A program made the translations under genes and the position numbers. The notes beneath the pieces were generated by a model that saw nothing but the letters and a program-made list of their open reading frames with translations, was not told the DNA's origin and did not search any database. Below, piece after piece: positions 1 through 16,845 of a DNA stretch of 64,000 nucleotides (position 1 is the first letter of the stretch; each line of letters opens with the position of its first letter). Source of the stretch: Eledone cirrhosa (taxonomy: Eukaryota); contig OZ024744.1 of assembly GCA_964016885.1 (NCBI GenBank), positions 110,794,001 to 110,858,000 of the forward strand, read 5' to 3'.

Positions 1-1549
1 TACCTTGCCCTGAAAACAGTAAAACTACACAATCCACTATAACTTAACTGGCCCTGAACACAGTATACTACAGAATCCACTATAACTTACCTTGCCCAGA
101 ACAAATTAAAACTACGTAATCCACTATACCTTACCTTGCCCTGAACACAGTAAAACTACACAATCCTCTATAACTTACTTTGCCCTGAACACAGTAAAAC
201 TAAACAAACAACTATAAATTACCTTGCTCTAAACACAGTAAAACTACACAATCCACTATAACTTACCTTGACCTGAACAATTTAAAACTACACAATCCAA
301 CTATAACTTACCTTGCCCTGAACACAGTAAAACTACACAATCCACTATAACTTACCTTGCCCTGAAAACAGTAAAACTACACAATCCACTATAAATTACC
401 TTGCCCTGAAAACAGTAAAACTACACAATCCACTATAAATTACCTTGCCCCGAACACAGTGAAACTACACAATCCACTATAACTTACTTTGCCATGAACA
501 CAGTAAAACTACACAATCCACTATAACTTACCTTGCCCTGAAAACAGTAAAACTACACAATCCACTATAACTGAACTGGCCCTGAACACAGTAAAACTAC
601 ACAAACAACTATAAATTAGCTTACCCTGAACACAGTAAAACTACACGATCCACTATAACTTACTTTGCCCTGAATACAGTCAAACTACACAAACCACTAT
701 AATTTACCTTGCCCTGAAAACAGTAAAACTACACAATCCACTATAAATTACCTTGCCCCGAACACAGTGAAACTACACAATCCACTATAACTTACTTTGC
801 CATGAACACAGTAAAACTACACAATCCACTATAACTTACCTTGCCCTGAAAACAGTAAAACTACACAATCCACTATAACTGAACTGGCCCTGAACACAGT
901 AAAACTACACAAACAACTATAAATTAGCTTACCCTGAACACAGTAAAACTACACAATCCACTATAACTTACTTTGCCCTGAACACAGTAAAACTACACAA
1001 ACCACTATAACTTACCTTGCCCTGAACACAGTAAAACTACACAATCCACTATAACTTACCTTGCCCTGAACACAGTAAAACTACACAATACACTATAACT
1101 TACCTTGCCCTGAACACAGTAAAACTATACAATCCACTATAACATACCTTGCCTGAACACAGTAAAACTACACAATCCACTATAACTTAACTGGCCCTGA
1201 ACAGACTAAACTACAGAATCCACTATAACTTACCTTGCTCTGAACACAGGAAAACTACACAATCCACTATAACTTAACTGGCCCTGAACACAGTAAAACT
1301 ACACAATCCACTATAAGTTACCTTGCTCTGAAAGCAGTAAAACTACACAATCCCCTATAACTTACTTTGCCCTGAACACAGTAAAACTACACAATCCACT
1401 ATAACTTACTTTGCCCTGAACACATTAAAACTACACAAACCACTATAACTTACCTTGCACTGAACACAGTAAAACTACACAATCCACTATACCTAACCTT
1501 GCCCTGAACACAGTAAAACTACACAATCCACTATAACTTACCTTGCTCT

Positions 1550-4500
1550 GAACACAGTAAAACTACACAATCCACTATACCTTACCTTGCCCTGAAAACA
1601 GTAAAACTACACAATCCACTATAACTTAACTGGCCCTGAACACAGTATACTACAGAATCCACTATAACTTACCTTGCCCAGAACAAATTAAAACTACGTA
1701 ATCCACTATACCTTACCTTGCCCTGAACACAGTAAAACTACACGATCCACTATAACTTACTTTGCCCTGAACACAGTAAAACTAAACAAACAACTATAAA
1801 TTACCTTGCTCTAAACACAGTAAAACTACACAATCCACTATAACTTACCTTGACCTGAACAATTTAAAACTACACAATCCACTATAACTTACCTTGCCCT
1901 GAACACAGTAAAACTACACAATCCACTATAAATTACCTTACCCTGAAAACAGTAAAACTACACAATCCACTATAAATTACCTGGCCCTGAACACACTAAA
2001 ACTACACAATCCACTATAACTTACTTTGCCATGAACACAGTAAAACTACACAATCCACTATAACTTACCTTGCCCTGAACACAGTAAAACTACACAATCC
2101 ACTATAACTGAACTGGCCCTGAACACAGTAAAACGACACAAACAACTATAAATTACCTTACCCTGAACACAGTAAAACTACACAATCCACTATAACTTAC
2201 TTTGCCCTGAACACAGTAAAACTACACAAACCACTATAACTTACCTTGCCCCGAAAACAGTAAAACTACACAATCCACTATAAATTACCTTGCCCTGAAC
2301 ACAGTAAAACTACACAATCCACTATAACTTACTTTGCCATGAACACAGTAAAACTACACAATCCACTATAACTTACCTTGCCCAGAACACAGTAAACCTA
2401 CACAATCCAGTATAACTGAACTGGCCCTGAACACAGTAAAACTACACAATCCACTATAACTTAACTGGCCCTTAACACAGAAAAACCACTTAATTCACTA
2501 TAACTTACCTTGCTCTGAACACAGTAAAACTACACAATCCACTATAACTTACCTTGCCATTAACACAGTAAAACTACACAAACCACTATAACTTACCTTG
2601 CTCTGAACACAGTAAAACTACACAATCCACTATAACCTACCTTGCTCTGAACACAATAAAACTACATAATCCACTATAACTTACCTTGCTCTTAACACAG
2701 TAAAATTACACAATCCACTATAATTTACCTTCTTCTGAACACAGTAAAACTACACAATCCACTATAACTTTCCTTGCCCTGAACACAGTAAAACTACACA
2801 ATGCACTATAAATTACTTTGCCCTGAACACAGTAAAATTACACAATCCACTATAACTTACCTTGCCCTGAACACAGTAAAACTATACAATCCACTATAAC
2901 ATACCTTGCCTGAACACAGTAACACTACACAATCCACTATAACTTAACTGGCCCTGAACACAGTAAACTACAGAATCCACTATAAGTTACCTTGCCCAGA
3001 ACAAAGTCAAAATACACAAACCACTATAAATTACCTTGCTCTAAACACAGTAAAGCTCGACAATCCACTATAACTTACCTTGCCCTGAACACAGTAAAAC
3101 TATACAATCCACTATAACATACCTTGCCTGAACACAGTAAAACTACATAATCCACTATAACTTAACTGGCCCTGAACACAGTAAAACTACACGATCCACT
3201 ATAACTTACTTTGCCCTGAACACAGTAAAACTACATAATCCACCATAACTTACCTTGCCCTGAACACAGTAAAACTTCACAATCCACTATAACTTACTTT
3301 GCCCTGAACACAGTAAAACTACACAAACAACTATAAATTACCTTGCTCTAAACACAGTAAAACTACACAATCCACTATAACTTACCTTGCCCTGAACACA
3401 GTAAAACTACACAATCGACTATAAATTACCTTACCCTGAACACAGTAAAACTACACAATCCACTATAACTTACTTTGCCCTGAATACAGTCAAACTACAC
3501 AAACCACTATAACTTACCTTGCCCTGAAAACAGTAAAACTACACAATCCACTATAAATTACCTTGCCCTGAAAACAGTAAAACTACACAATCCACTATAA
3601 ATTACCTTGCCCCAAACACAGTGAAACTACACAATCCACTATAACTTACTTTGCCTTGAACACAGTAAAACTACACAATCCACTATAACTTACCTTGCCC
3701 TGAAAACAGTAAAACTACACAATCCACTATAACTGAACTGGCCCTGAACACAGTAAAACTACACAAACAACTATAAATTAGCTTACCCTGAACACAGTAA
3801 AACTACACAATCCACTATAACTTACTTTGCCCTGAACACAGTAAAACTACACAAACCACTATAACTTACCTTGCCCTGAAAACAGTAAAACTACACAATC
3901 CACTATAATATACCTTGCCCTGAAAACAGTAAAACTACACAATCCACTATAATATACCTTGCCCTGAAAACAGTAAAACTACACAATCCACTATAACTTA
4001 CCTTGCCCTGAAAACAGTAAAACTACACAATCCACTATAAATTACCTTGCCCTGAACACAGTAAAACTACACAATCCACTATAACTGAACTGGCCCTGAA
4101 CACAGTACATTCCACTATAAATTACCTTGCTCTGAACACAGTAAAACTACACAAACCACTATAACTGAACTGGCCCTGAACACAGTAACACTACACAATC
4201 CACTATAACTGAACTGGCCCTGAACACAGTAAACTACAGAATCCACTATAACTTGCCTTGCCCAAAACAAAGTAAAACTACGTAATCCACTATAACTTAC
4301 CTTGCCCTGAACACAGTAAAACTACTCAATCACTATAACTTTTTTTGCCCTGAACACAGTAAAACTACACAAACCACTATAAATTACCTTGCTCTAAACA
4401 CAATAAAGCTAGACAATCCACTATAACTTACCTTGCCCTGAACACAGGAAAACTACACAATCCACTATAACTTAACTGGCCCTGAACACAGTAAACTACA

Positions 4501-7500
4501 CAATCGACTATAACTTACCTTGCCCAGAACAAATTAAAACAAAGTAATCCACTATACCTTACCTTGCCCTGAACACAGTAAAACTACACGATCCACTATA
4601 ACTTACTTTGCCCTGAACACAGTAAAACTACAATAACAACTATAAATTACCTTGCTCTAAACACTGTAAAACTACACAAGCGACTATAACTTACCTTGCC
4701 CTGAACAATTTAAAACTACACAATCCACTATAATTTACCTTGCCCTGAACACAGTAAACTACACATTCCACTATAACTTAACTGGCCCTGAACACAGTAA
4801 ACTACAGAATCCACTATAACATACCTTGCCTGAACACAGTAAAACTACACAATCCACTATAACTTAACTGGCCCTGAACAGACTAAACTACAGAATCCAC
4901 TATAACTTACCTTGCTCTGAACACAGGAAAACTACACAATCCACTATAACTTAACTGGCCCTGAACACAGTAAAACTACACAATCCACTATAAGTTACCT
5001 TGCTCTGAAAGCAGTAAAACTACACAATCCCCTATAACTTACTTTGCCCTGAACACAGTAAAACTACACAAACAACTATAAATTACCTTACCCTGAACAC
5101 AGTAAAACTACACGATCCACTATAACTTACTTTGCCCTGAACACATTAAAACTACACAAACCACTATAACTTACCTTGCCCTGAACACAGTAAAACTACT
5201 ATAATTCACTATAACTTACCTTGCCCTGAACACAGTAAAACTACACAATCCACTATACCTAACCTTGCCCTGAACACAGTAAAACTACACAATCCACTAT
5301 AACTTACCTTGCTCTGAACACAGTAAAACTAGACAATCCACTATACCTTACCTTGCCCTGAAAACAGTAAAACTACACAATCCACTATAACTTAACTGGC
5401 CCTGAACACAGTATACTACAGAATCCACTATAACTTACCTTGCCCAGAACAAATTAAAACTACGTAATCCACTATACCTTACTTTGCCCTGAACACAGTA
5501 AAACTACACAATCCACTATAACTTACTTTGCCCTGAACACAGTAAAACTAAACAAACAACTATAAATTACCTTGCTCTAAACACAGTAAAACTACACAAT
5601 CCACTATAACTTACCTTGACCTGAACAATTTAAAACTACACAATCCACTATAACTTACCTTGCCCTGAACACAGTAAAACTACACAATCCACTATAAATT
5701 ACCTTGCCCCGAACACAGTGAAACTACACAATCCACTATAACTTACTTTGCCATGAACACAGTAAAACTACACAATCCACTATAACTTACCTTGCCCTGA
5801 AAACAGTAAAACTACACAATCCACTATAACTGAACTGGCCCTGAACACAGTAAAACTACACAAACAACTATAAATTAGCTTACCCTGAACACAGTAAAAC
5901 TACACGATCCACTATAACTTACTTTGCCCTGAATACAGTCAAACTACACAAACCACTATAATTTACCTTGCCCTGAAAACAGTAAAAGTACACAATCCAC
6001 TATAAATTACCTTGCCCTGAAAACAGTAAAACTACACAATCCACTATAAATTACCTTGCCCCGAACACAGTGAAACTACACAATCCACTATAACTTACTT
6101 TGCCATGAACACAGTAAAACTACACAATCCACTATAACTTACCTTGCCCTGAAAACAGTAAAACTACACAATCCACTATAACTGAACTGGCCCTGAACAC
6201 AGTAAAACTACACAAACAACTATAAATTAGCTTACCCTGAACACAGTAAAACTACACAATCCACTATAACTTACTTTGCCCTGAACACAGTAAAACTACA
6301 CAAACCACTATAACTTACCTTGCCCTGAACACAGTAAAACTACACAATCCACTATAACTTACCTTGCCCTGAACACAGTAAAACTACACAATACACTATA
6401 ACTTACCTTGCCCTGAACACAGTAAAACTATACAATCCACTATAACATACCTTGCCTGAACACAGTAAAACTACACAATCCACTATAACTTAACTGGCCC
6501 TGAACAGACTAAACTACAGAATCCACTATAACTTACCTTGCTCTGAACACAGGAAAACTACACAATCCACTATAACTTAACTGGCCCTGAACACAGTAAA
6601 ACTACACAATCCACTATAAGTTACCTTGCTCTGAAAGCAGTAAAACTACACAATCCCCTATAACTTACTTTGCCCTGAACACAGTAAAACTACACAATCC
6701 ACTATAACTTACTTTGCCCTGAACACATTAAAACTACACAAACCACTATAACTTACCTTGCACTGAACACAATAAAACTACACAATCCACTATACCTAAC
6801 CTTGCCCTGAACACAGTAAAACTACACAATCCACTATAACTTACCTTGCTCTGAACACAGTAAAACTACACAATCCACTATACCTTACCTTGCCCTGAAA
6901 ACAGTAAAACTACACAATCCACTATAACTTAACTGGCCCTGAACACAGTATACTACAGAATCCACTATAACTTACCTTGCCCAGAACAAATTAAAACTAC
7001 GTAATCCACTATACCTTACCTTGCCCTGAACACAGTAAAACTACACGATCCACTAAAACTTACTTTGCCCTGAACACAGTAAAACTAAACAAACAACTAT
7101 AAATTACCTTGCTCTAAACACAGTAAAACTACACAATCCACTATAACTTACCTTGACCTGAACAATTTAAAACTACACAATCCACTATAACTTACCTTGC
7201 CCTGAACACAGTAAAACTACACAATCCACTATAAATTACCTTACCCTGAAAACAGTAAAACTACACAATCCACTATAAATTACCTTGCCCTGAAAACAGT
7301 AAAACTACACAATCCACTATAAATTACCTTGCCCTGAACACACTAAAACTACACAATCCACTATAACTTACTTTGCCATGAACACAATAAAGCTAGACAA
7401 TCCACTATAACTTACCTTGCCCTGAACACAGGAAAACTACACAATCCACTATAACTTAACTGGCCCTGAACACAGTAAACTACACAATCGACTATAACTT

Positions 7501-10500
7501 ACCTTGCCCAGGACAAATTAAAACAAAGTAATCCACTATACCTTACCTTGCCCTGAACACAGTAAAACTACACGATCCACTATAACTTACTTTGCCCTGA
7601 ACACAGTAAAACTACAATAACAACTATAAATTACCTTGCTCTAAACACTGTAAAACTACACAAGCGACTATAACTTACCTTGCCCTGAACAATTTAAAAC
7701 TACACAATCCACTATAATTTACCTTGCCCTGAACACAGTAAACTACACATTCCACTATAACTTAACTGGCCCTGAACACAGTAAACTACAGAATCCACTA
7801 TAACATACCTTGACTGAACACAGTAAAACTACACAATCCACTATACCTTACCTTGCCCTGAAAACAGTAAAACTACACAATCCACTATAACTTAACTGGC
7901 CCTGAACACAGTATACTACAGAATCCACTATAACTTACCTTGCCCAGAACAAATTAAAACTACGTAATCCACTATACCTTACCTTGCCCTGAACACAGTA
8001 AAACTACACGATCCACTATAACTTACTTTGCCCTGAACACAGTAAAACTAAACAAACAACTATAAATTACCTTGCTCTAAACACAGTAAAACTACACAAT
8101 CCACTATAACTTACCTTGACCTGAACAATTTAAAACTACACAATCCACTATAACTTACCTTGCCCTGAACACAGTAAAACTACACAATCCACTATAAATT
8201 ACCTTACCCTGAAAACAGTAAAACTACACAATCCACTATAAATTACCTGGCCCTGAACACACTAAAACTACACAATCCACTATAACTTACTTTGCCATGA
8301 ACACAGTAAAACTACACAATCCACTATAACTTACCTTGCCCTGAACACAGTAAAACTACACAATCCACTATAACTGAACTGGCCCTGAACACAGTAAAAC
8401 GACACAAACAACTATAAATTACCTTACCCTGAACACAGTAAAACTACACAATCCACTATAACTTACTTTGCCCTGAACACAGTAAAACTACACAAACCAC
8501 TATAACTTACCTTGCCCCGAAAACAGTAAAACTACACAATCCACTATAAATTACCTTGCCCTGAACACAGTAAAACTACACAATCCACTATAACTTACTT
8601 TGCCATGAACACAGTAAAACTACACAATCCACTATAACTTACCTTGCCCAGAACACAGTAAACCTACACAATCCAGTATAACTGAACTGGCCCTGAACAC
8701 AGTAAAACTACACAATCCACTATAACTTAACTGGCCCTTAACACAGAAAAACCACTTAATTCACTATAACTTACCTTGCTCTGAACACAGTAAAACTACA
8801 CAATCCACTATAACTTACCTTGCCATTAACACAGTAAAACTACACAAACCACTATAACTTACCTTGCTCTGAACACAGTAAAACTACACAATCCACTATA
8901 ACCTACCTTGCTCTGAACACAATAAAACTACATAATCCACTATAACTTACCTTGCTCTTAACACAGTAAAATTACACAATCCACTATAATTTACCTTCTT
9001 CTGAACACAGTAAAACTACACAATCCACTATAACTTTCCTTGCCCTGAACACAGTAAAACTACACAATGCACTATAAATTACTTTGCCCTGAACACAGTA
9101 AAATTACACAATCCACTATAACTTACCTTGCCCTGAACACAGTAAAACTATACAATCCACTATAACATACCTTGCCTGAACACAGTAACACTACACAATC
9201 CACTATAACTTAACTGGCCCTGAACACAGTAAACTACAGAATCCACTATAAGTTACCTTGCCCAGAACAAAGTCAAAATACACAAACCACTATAAATTAC
9301 CTTGCTCTAAACACAGTAAAGCTCGACAATCCACTATAACTTACCTTGCCCTGAACACAGTAAAACTATACAATCCACTATAACATACCTTGCCTGAACA
9401 CAGTAAAACTACATAATCCACTATAACTTAACTGGCCCTGAACACAGTAAAACTACACGATCCACTATAACTTACTTTGCCCTGAACACAGTAAAACTAC
9501 ATAATCCACCATAACTTACCTTGCCCTGAACACAGTAAAACTTCACAATCCACTATAACTTACTTTGCCCTGAACACAGTAAAACTACACAAACAACTAT
9601 AAATTACCTTGCTCTAAACACAGTAAAACTACACAATCCACTATAACTTACCTTGCCCTGAACACAGTAAAACTACACAATCGACTATAAATTACCTTAC
9701 CCTGAACACAGTAAAACTACACAATCCACTATAACTTACTTTGCCCTGAATACAGTCAAACTACACAAACCACTATAACTTACCTTGCCCTGAAAACAGT
9801 AAAACTACACAATCCACTATAAATTACCTTGCCCTGAAAACAGTAAAACTACACAATCCACTATAAATTACCTTGCCCCAAACACAGTGAAACTACACAA
9901 TCCACTATAACTTACTTTGCCTTGAACACAGTAAAACTACACAATCCACTATAACTTACCTTGCCCTGAAAACAGTAAAACTACACAATCCACTATAACT
10001 GAACTGGCCCTGAACACAGTAAAACTACACAAACAACTATAAATTAGCTTACCCTGAACACAGTAAAACTACACAATCCACTATAACTTACTTTGCCCTG
10101 AACACAGTAAAACTACACAAACCACTATAACTTACCTTGCCCTGAAAACAGTAAAACTACACAATCCACTATAATATACCTTGCCCTGAAAACAGTAAAA
10201 CTACACAATCCACTATAATATACCTTGCCCTGAAAACAGTAAAACTACACAATCCACTATAACTTACCTTGCCCTGAAAACAGTAAAACTACACAATCCA
10301 CTATAAATTACCTTGCCCTGAACACAGTAAAACTACACAATCCACTATAACTGAACTGGCCCTGAACACAGTACATTCCACTATAAATTACCTTGCTCTG
10401 AACACAGTAAAACTACACAAACCACTATAACTGAACTGGCCCTGAACACAGTAACACTACACAATCCACTATAACTGAACTGGCCCTGAACACAGTAAAC

Positions 10501-13500
10501 TACAGAATCCACTATAACTTGCCTTGCCCAAAACAAAGTAAAACTACGTAATCCACTATAACTTACCTTGCCCTGAACACAGTAAAACTACTCAATCACT
10601 ATAACTTTTTTTGCCCTGAACACAGTAAAACTACACAAACCACTATAAATTACCTTGCTCTAAACACAATAAAGCTAGACAATCCACTATAACTTACCTT
10701 GCCCTGAACACAGGAAAACTACACAATCCACTATAACTTAACTGGCCCTGAACACAGTAAACTACACAATCGACTATAACTTACCTTGCCCAGAACAAAT
10801 TAAAACAAAGTAATCCACTATACCTTACCTTGCCCTGAACACAGTAAAACTACACGATCCACTATAACTTACTTTGCCCTGAACACAGTAAAACTACAAT
10901 AACAACTATAAATTACCTTGCTCTAAACACTGTAAAACTACACAAGCGACTATAACTTACCTTGCCCTGAACAATTTAAAACTACACAATCCACTATAAT
11001 TTACCTTGCCCTGAACACAGTAAACTACACATTCCACTATAACTTAACTGGCCCTGAACACAGTAAACTACAGAATCCACTATAACATACCTTGCCTGAA
11101 CACAGTAAAACTACACAATCCACTATAACTTAACTGGCCCTGAACAGACTAAACTACAGAATCCACTATAACATACCTTGCCTGAACACAGTAAAACTAC
11201 ACAATCCACTATAACTTAACTGGCCCTGAACAGACTAAACTACAGAATCCACTATAACATACCTTGCCTGAACACAGTAAAACTACACAATCCACTATAA
11301 CTTAACTGGCCCTGAACAGACTAAACTACACAATCCACTATAACTTAACTGGCCCTGAACACAGTAAAACTACACAATCCACTATAAGTTACCTTGCTCT
11401 GAAAGCAGTAAAACTACACAATCCCCTATAACTTACTTTGCCCTGAACACAGTAAAACTACACAAACAACTATAAATTACCTTACCCTGAACACAGTAAA
11501 ACTACACGATCCACTATAACTTACTTTGCCCTGAACACATTAAAACTACACAAACCACTATAACTTACCTTGCCCTGAACACAGTAAAACTACTATAATT
11601 CACTATAACTTACCTTGCCCTGAACACAGTAAAACTACACAATCCACTATACCTAACCTTGCCCTGAACACAGTAAAACTACACAATCCACTATAACTTA
11701 CCTTGCTCTGAACACAGTAAAACTAGACAATCCACTATACCTTACCTTGCCCTGAAAACAGTAAAACTACACAATCCACTATAACTTAACTGGCCCTGAA
11801 CACAGTATACTACAGAATCCACTATAACTTACCTTGCCCAGAACAAATTAAAACTACGTAATCCACTATACCTTACTTTGCCCTGAACACAGTAAAACTA
11901 CACAATCCACTATAACTTACTTTGCCCTGAACACAGTAAAACTAAACAAACAACTATAAATTACCTTGCTCTAAACACAGTAAAACTACACAATCCACTA
12001 TAACTTACCTTGACCTGAACAATTTAAAACTACACAATCCACTATAACTTACCTTGCCCTGAACACAGTAAAACTACACAATCCACTATAACTTACCTTG
12101 CCCTGAAAACAGTAAAACTACACAATCCACTATAAATTACCTTGCCCTGAAAACAGTAAAACTACACAATCCACTATAAATTACCTTGCCCCGAACACAG
12201 TGAAACTACACAATCCACTATAACTTACTTTGCCATGAACACAGTAAAACTACACAATCCACTATAACTTACCTTGCCCTGAAAACAGTAAAACTACACA
12301 ATCCACTATAACTGAACTGGCCCTGAACACAGTAAAACTACACAAACAACTATAAATTAGCTTACCCTGAACACAGTAAAACTACACGATCCACTATAAC
12401 TTACTTTGCCCTGAATACAGTCAAACTACACAAACCACTATAATTTACCTTGCCCTGAAAACAGTAAAAGTACACAATCCACTATAAATTACCTTGCCCT
12501 GAAAACAGTAAAACTACACAATCCACTATAAATTACCTTGCCCCGAACACAGTGAAACTACACAATCCACTATAACTTACTTTGCCATGAACACAGTAAA
12601 ACTACACAATCCACTATAACTTACCTTGCCCTGAAAACAGTAAAACTACACAATCCACTATAACTGAACTGGCCCTGAACACAGTAAAACTACACAAACA
12701 ACTATAAATTAGCTTACCCTGAACACAGTAAAACTACACAATCCACTATAACTTACTTTGCCCTGAACACAGTAAAACTACACAAACCACTATAACTTAC
12801 CTTGCCCTGAACACAGTAAAACTACACAATCCACTATAACTTACCTTGCCCTGAACACAGTAAAACTACACAATACACTATAACTTACCTTGCCCTGAAC
12901 ACAGTAAAACTATACAATCCACTATAACATACCTTGCCTGAACACAGTAAAACTACACAATCCACTATAACTTAACTGGCCCTGAACAGACTAAACTACA
13001 GAATCCACTATAACTTACCTTGCTCTGAACACAGGAAAACTACACAATCCACTATAACTTAACTGGCCCTGAACACAGTAAAACTACACAATCCACTATA
13101 AGTTACCTTGCTCTGAAAGCAGTAAAACTACACAATCCCCTATAACTTACTTTGCCCTGAACACAGTAAAACTACACAATCCACTATAACTTACTTTGCC
13201 CTGAACACATTAAAACTACACAAACCACTATAACTTACCTTGCACTGAACACAGTAAAACTACACAATCCACTATACCTAACCTTGCCCTGAACACAGTA
13301 AAACTACACAATCCACTATAACTTACCTTGCTCTGAACACAGTAAAACTACACAATCCACTATACCTTACCTTGCCCTGAAAACAGTAAAACTACACAAT
13401 CCACTATAACTTAACTGGCCCTGAACACAGTATACTACAGAATCCACTATAACTTACCTTGCCCAGAACAAATTAAAACTACGTAATCCACTATACCTTA

Positions 13501-14320
13501 CCTTGCCCTGAACACAGTAAAACTACACGATCCACTAAAACTTACTTTGCCCTGAACACAGTAAAACTAAACAAACAACTATAAATTACCTTGCTCTAAA
13601 CACAGTAAAACTACACAATCCACTATAACTTACCTTGACCTGAACAATTTAAAACTACACAATCCACTATAACTTACCTTGCCCTGAACACAGTAAAACT
13701 ACACAATCCACTATAAATTACCTTACCCTGAAAACAGTAAAACTACACAATCCACTATAAATTACCTTGCCCTGAAAACAGTAAAACTACACAATCCACT
13801 ATAAATTACCTGGCCCTGAACACACTAAAACTACACAATCCACTATAACTTACTTTGCCATGAACACAATAAAGCTAGACAATCCACTATAACTTACCTT
13901 GCCCTGAACACAGGAAAACTACACAATCCACTATAACTTAACTGGCCCTGAACACAGTAAACTACACAATCGACTATAACTTACCTTGCCCAGAACAAAT
14001 TAAAACAAAGTAATCCACTATACCTTACCTTGCCCTGAACACAGTAAAACTACACGATCCACTATAACTTACTTTGCCCTGAACACAGTAAAACTACAAT
14101 AACAACTATAAATTACCTTGCTCTAAACACTGTAAAACTACACAAGCGACTATAACTTACCTTGCCCTGAACAATTTAAAACTACACAATCCACTATAAT
14201 TTACCTTGCCCTGAACACAGTAAACTACACATTCCACTATAACTTAACTGGCCCTGAACACAGTAAACTACAGAATCCACTATAACATACCTTGACTGAA
14301 CACAGTAAAACTACACAATC
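1550..14320. repeat. Tandem higher-order duplication, ~6.3-6.5 kb unit (copy 1 ~1550-7815, copy 2 ~7815-14320)
   Basis: Markers at offset 6266: GTATAC 1645/7911, ATGCACTATAAATT 2801/9067, GTACATTCC 4105/10371, T-tract 4340/10606. After whole-monomer indels the offset becomes 6482: AAAAGTAC (G) 5988/12470, CACTAAAA 7051/13533, TTGACTGAA 7810/14292. Confidence 0.9.
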
Positions 14321-16845
14321 CACTATAACTTAACTGGCCCTGAACAGACTAAACTACAGAATCCACTATAACTTACCTTGCTCTGAACACAGGAAAACTA
14401 CACAATCCACTATAACTTAACTGGCCCTGAACACAGTAAAACTACACAATCCACTATAAGTTACCTTGCTCTGAAAGCAGTAAAACTACACAATCCCCTA
14501 TAACTTACTTTGCCCTGAACACAGTAAAACTACACAAACAACTATAAATTACCTTACCCTGAACACAGTAAAACTACACGATCCACTATAACTTACTTTG
14601 CCCTGAACACATTAAAACTACACAAACCACTATAACTTACCTTGCCCTGAACACAGTAAAACTACTATAATTCACTATAACTTACCTTGCCCTGAACACA
14701 GTAAAACTACACAATCCACTATACCTAACCTTGCCCTGAACACAGTAAAACTACACAATCCACTATAACTTACCTTGCTCTGAACACAGTAAAACTAAAC
14801 AATCCACTATACCTTACCTTGCCCTGAAAACAGTAAAACTACACAATCCACTATAACTTAACTGGCCCTGAACACAGTATACTACAGAATCCACTATAAC
14901 TTACCTTGCCCAGAACAAATTAAAACTACGTAATCCACTATACCTTACCTTGCCCTGAACACAGTAAAACTACACAATCCACTATAACTTACCTTGACCT
15001 GAACAATTTAAAACTACACAATCCACTATAACTTACCTTGCCCTGAACACAGTAAAACTACACAATCCACTATAACTTACCTTGCCCTGAAAACAGTAAA
15101 ACTACACAATCCACTATAAATTACCTTGCCCTGAAAACAGTAAAACTACACAATCCACTATAAATTACCTTGCCCCGAACACAGTGAAACTACACAATCC
15201 ACTATAACTTACTTTGCCATGAACACAGTAAAACTACACAATCCACTATAACTTACCTTGCCCTGAAAACAGTAAAACTACACAATCCACTATAACTGAA
15301 CTGGCCCTGAACACAGTAAAACTACACAAACAACTATAAATTAGCTTACCCTGAACACAGTAAAACTACACGATCCACTATAACTTACTTTGCCCTGAAT
15401 ACAGTCAAACTACACAAACCACTATAATTTACCTTGCCCTGAAAACAGTAAAAGTACACAATCCACTATAAATTACCTTGCCCTGAAAACAGTAAAACTA
15501 CACAATCCACTATAAATTACCTTGCCCCGAACACAGTGAAACTACACAATCCACTATAACTTACTTTGCCATGAACACAGTAAAACTACACAATCCACTA
15601 TAACTTACCTTGCCCTGAAAACAGTAAAACTACACAATCCACTATAACTGAACTGGCCCTGAACACAGTAAAACTACACAAACAACTATAAATTAGCTTA
15701 CCCTGAACACAGTAAAACTACACAATCCACTATAACTTACTTTGCCCTGAACACAGTAAAACTACACAAACCACTATAACTTACCTTGCCCTGAACACAG
15801 TAAAACTACACAATCCACTATAACTTACCTTGCCCTGAACACAGTAAAACTACACAATACACTATAACTTACCTTGCCCTGAACACAGTAAAACTATACA
15901 ATCCACTATAACATACCTTGCCTGAACACAGTAAAACTACACAATCCACTATAACTTAACTGGCCCTGAACAGACTAAACTACAGAATCCACTATAACTT
16001 ACCTTGCTCTGAACACAGGAAAACTACACAATCCACTATAACTTAACTGGCCCTGAACACAGTAAAACTACACAATCCACTATAAGTTACCTTGCTCTGA
16101 AAGCAGTAAAACTACACAATCCCCTATAACTTACTTTGCCCTGAACACAGTAAAACTACACAATCCACTATAACTTACTTTGCCCTGAACACATTAAAAC
16201 TACACAAACCACTATAACTTACCTTGCACTGAACACAGTAAAACTACACAATCCACTATACCTAACCTTGCCCTGAACACAGTAAAACTACACAATCCAC
16301 TATAACTTACCTTGCTCTGAACACAGTAAAACTACACAATCCACTATACCTTACCTTGCCCTGAAAACAGTAAAACTACACAATCCACTATAACTTAACT
16401 GGCCCTGAACACAGTATACTACAGAATCCACTATAACTTACCTTGCCCAGAACAAATTAAAACTACGTAATCCACTATACCTTACCTTGCCCTGAACACA
16501 GTAAAACTACACGATCCACTAAAACTTACTTTGCCCTGAACACAGTAAAACTAAACAAACAACTATAAATTACCTTGCTCTAAACACAGTAAAACTACAC
16601 AATCCACTATAACTTACCTTGACCTGAACAATTTAAAACTACACAATCCACTATAACTTACCTTGCCCTGAACACAGTAAAACTACACAATCCACTATAA
16701 ATTACCTTACCCTGAAAACAGTAAAACTACACAATCCACTATAAATTACCTTGCCCTGAAAACAGTAAAACTACACAATCCACTATAAATTACCTGGCCC
16801 TGAACACACTAAAACTACACAATCCACTATAACTTACTTTGCCAT
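11340..16845. repeat. Tandem ~3.0 kb higher-order duplication (~68-70 monomers)
   Basis: GAAAGCAG 11401/14473 (offset 3072) and 13115/16099 (offset 2984); CACTAAAA 13533/16517 (offset 2984). Confidence 0.8.

Noticed and set aside
295-306. Single-base insertion (TCCAACTATA) giving a 45-bp monomer
   Set aside because: It is a singleton absent from homologous copies (e.g. ~1880, ~5645) and cannot be distinguished from a sequencing error.
455-461. V(D)J RSS heptamer CACAGTG in variant monomers (consensus CACAGTA is a 6/7 match)
   Set aside because: No ACAAAAACC-like nonamer at 12- or 23-bp spacing (those positions read CCACTATAA and TACCTTGCC-like), and no V/D/J segments or inverted partner.
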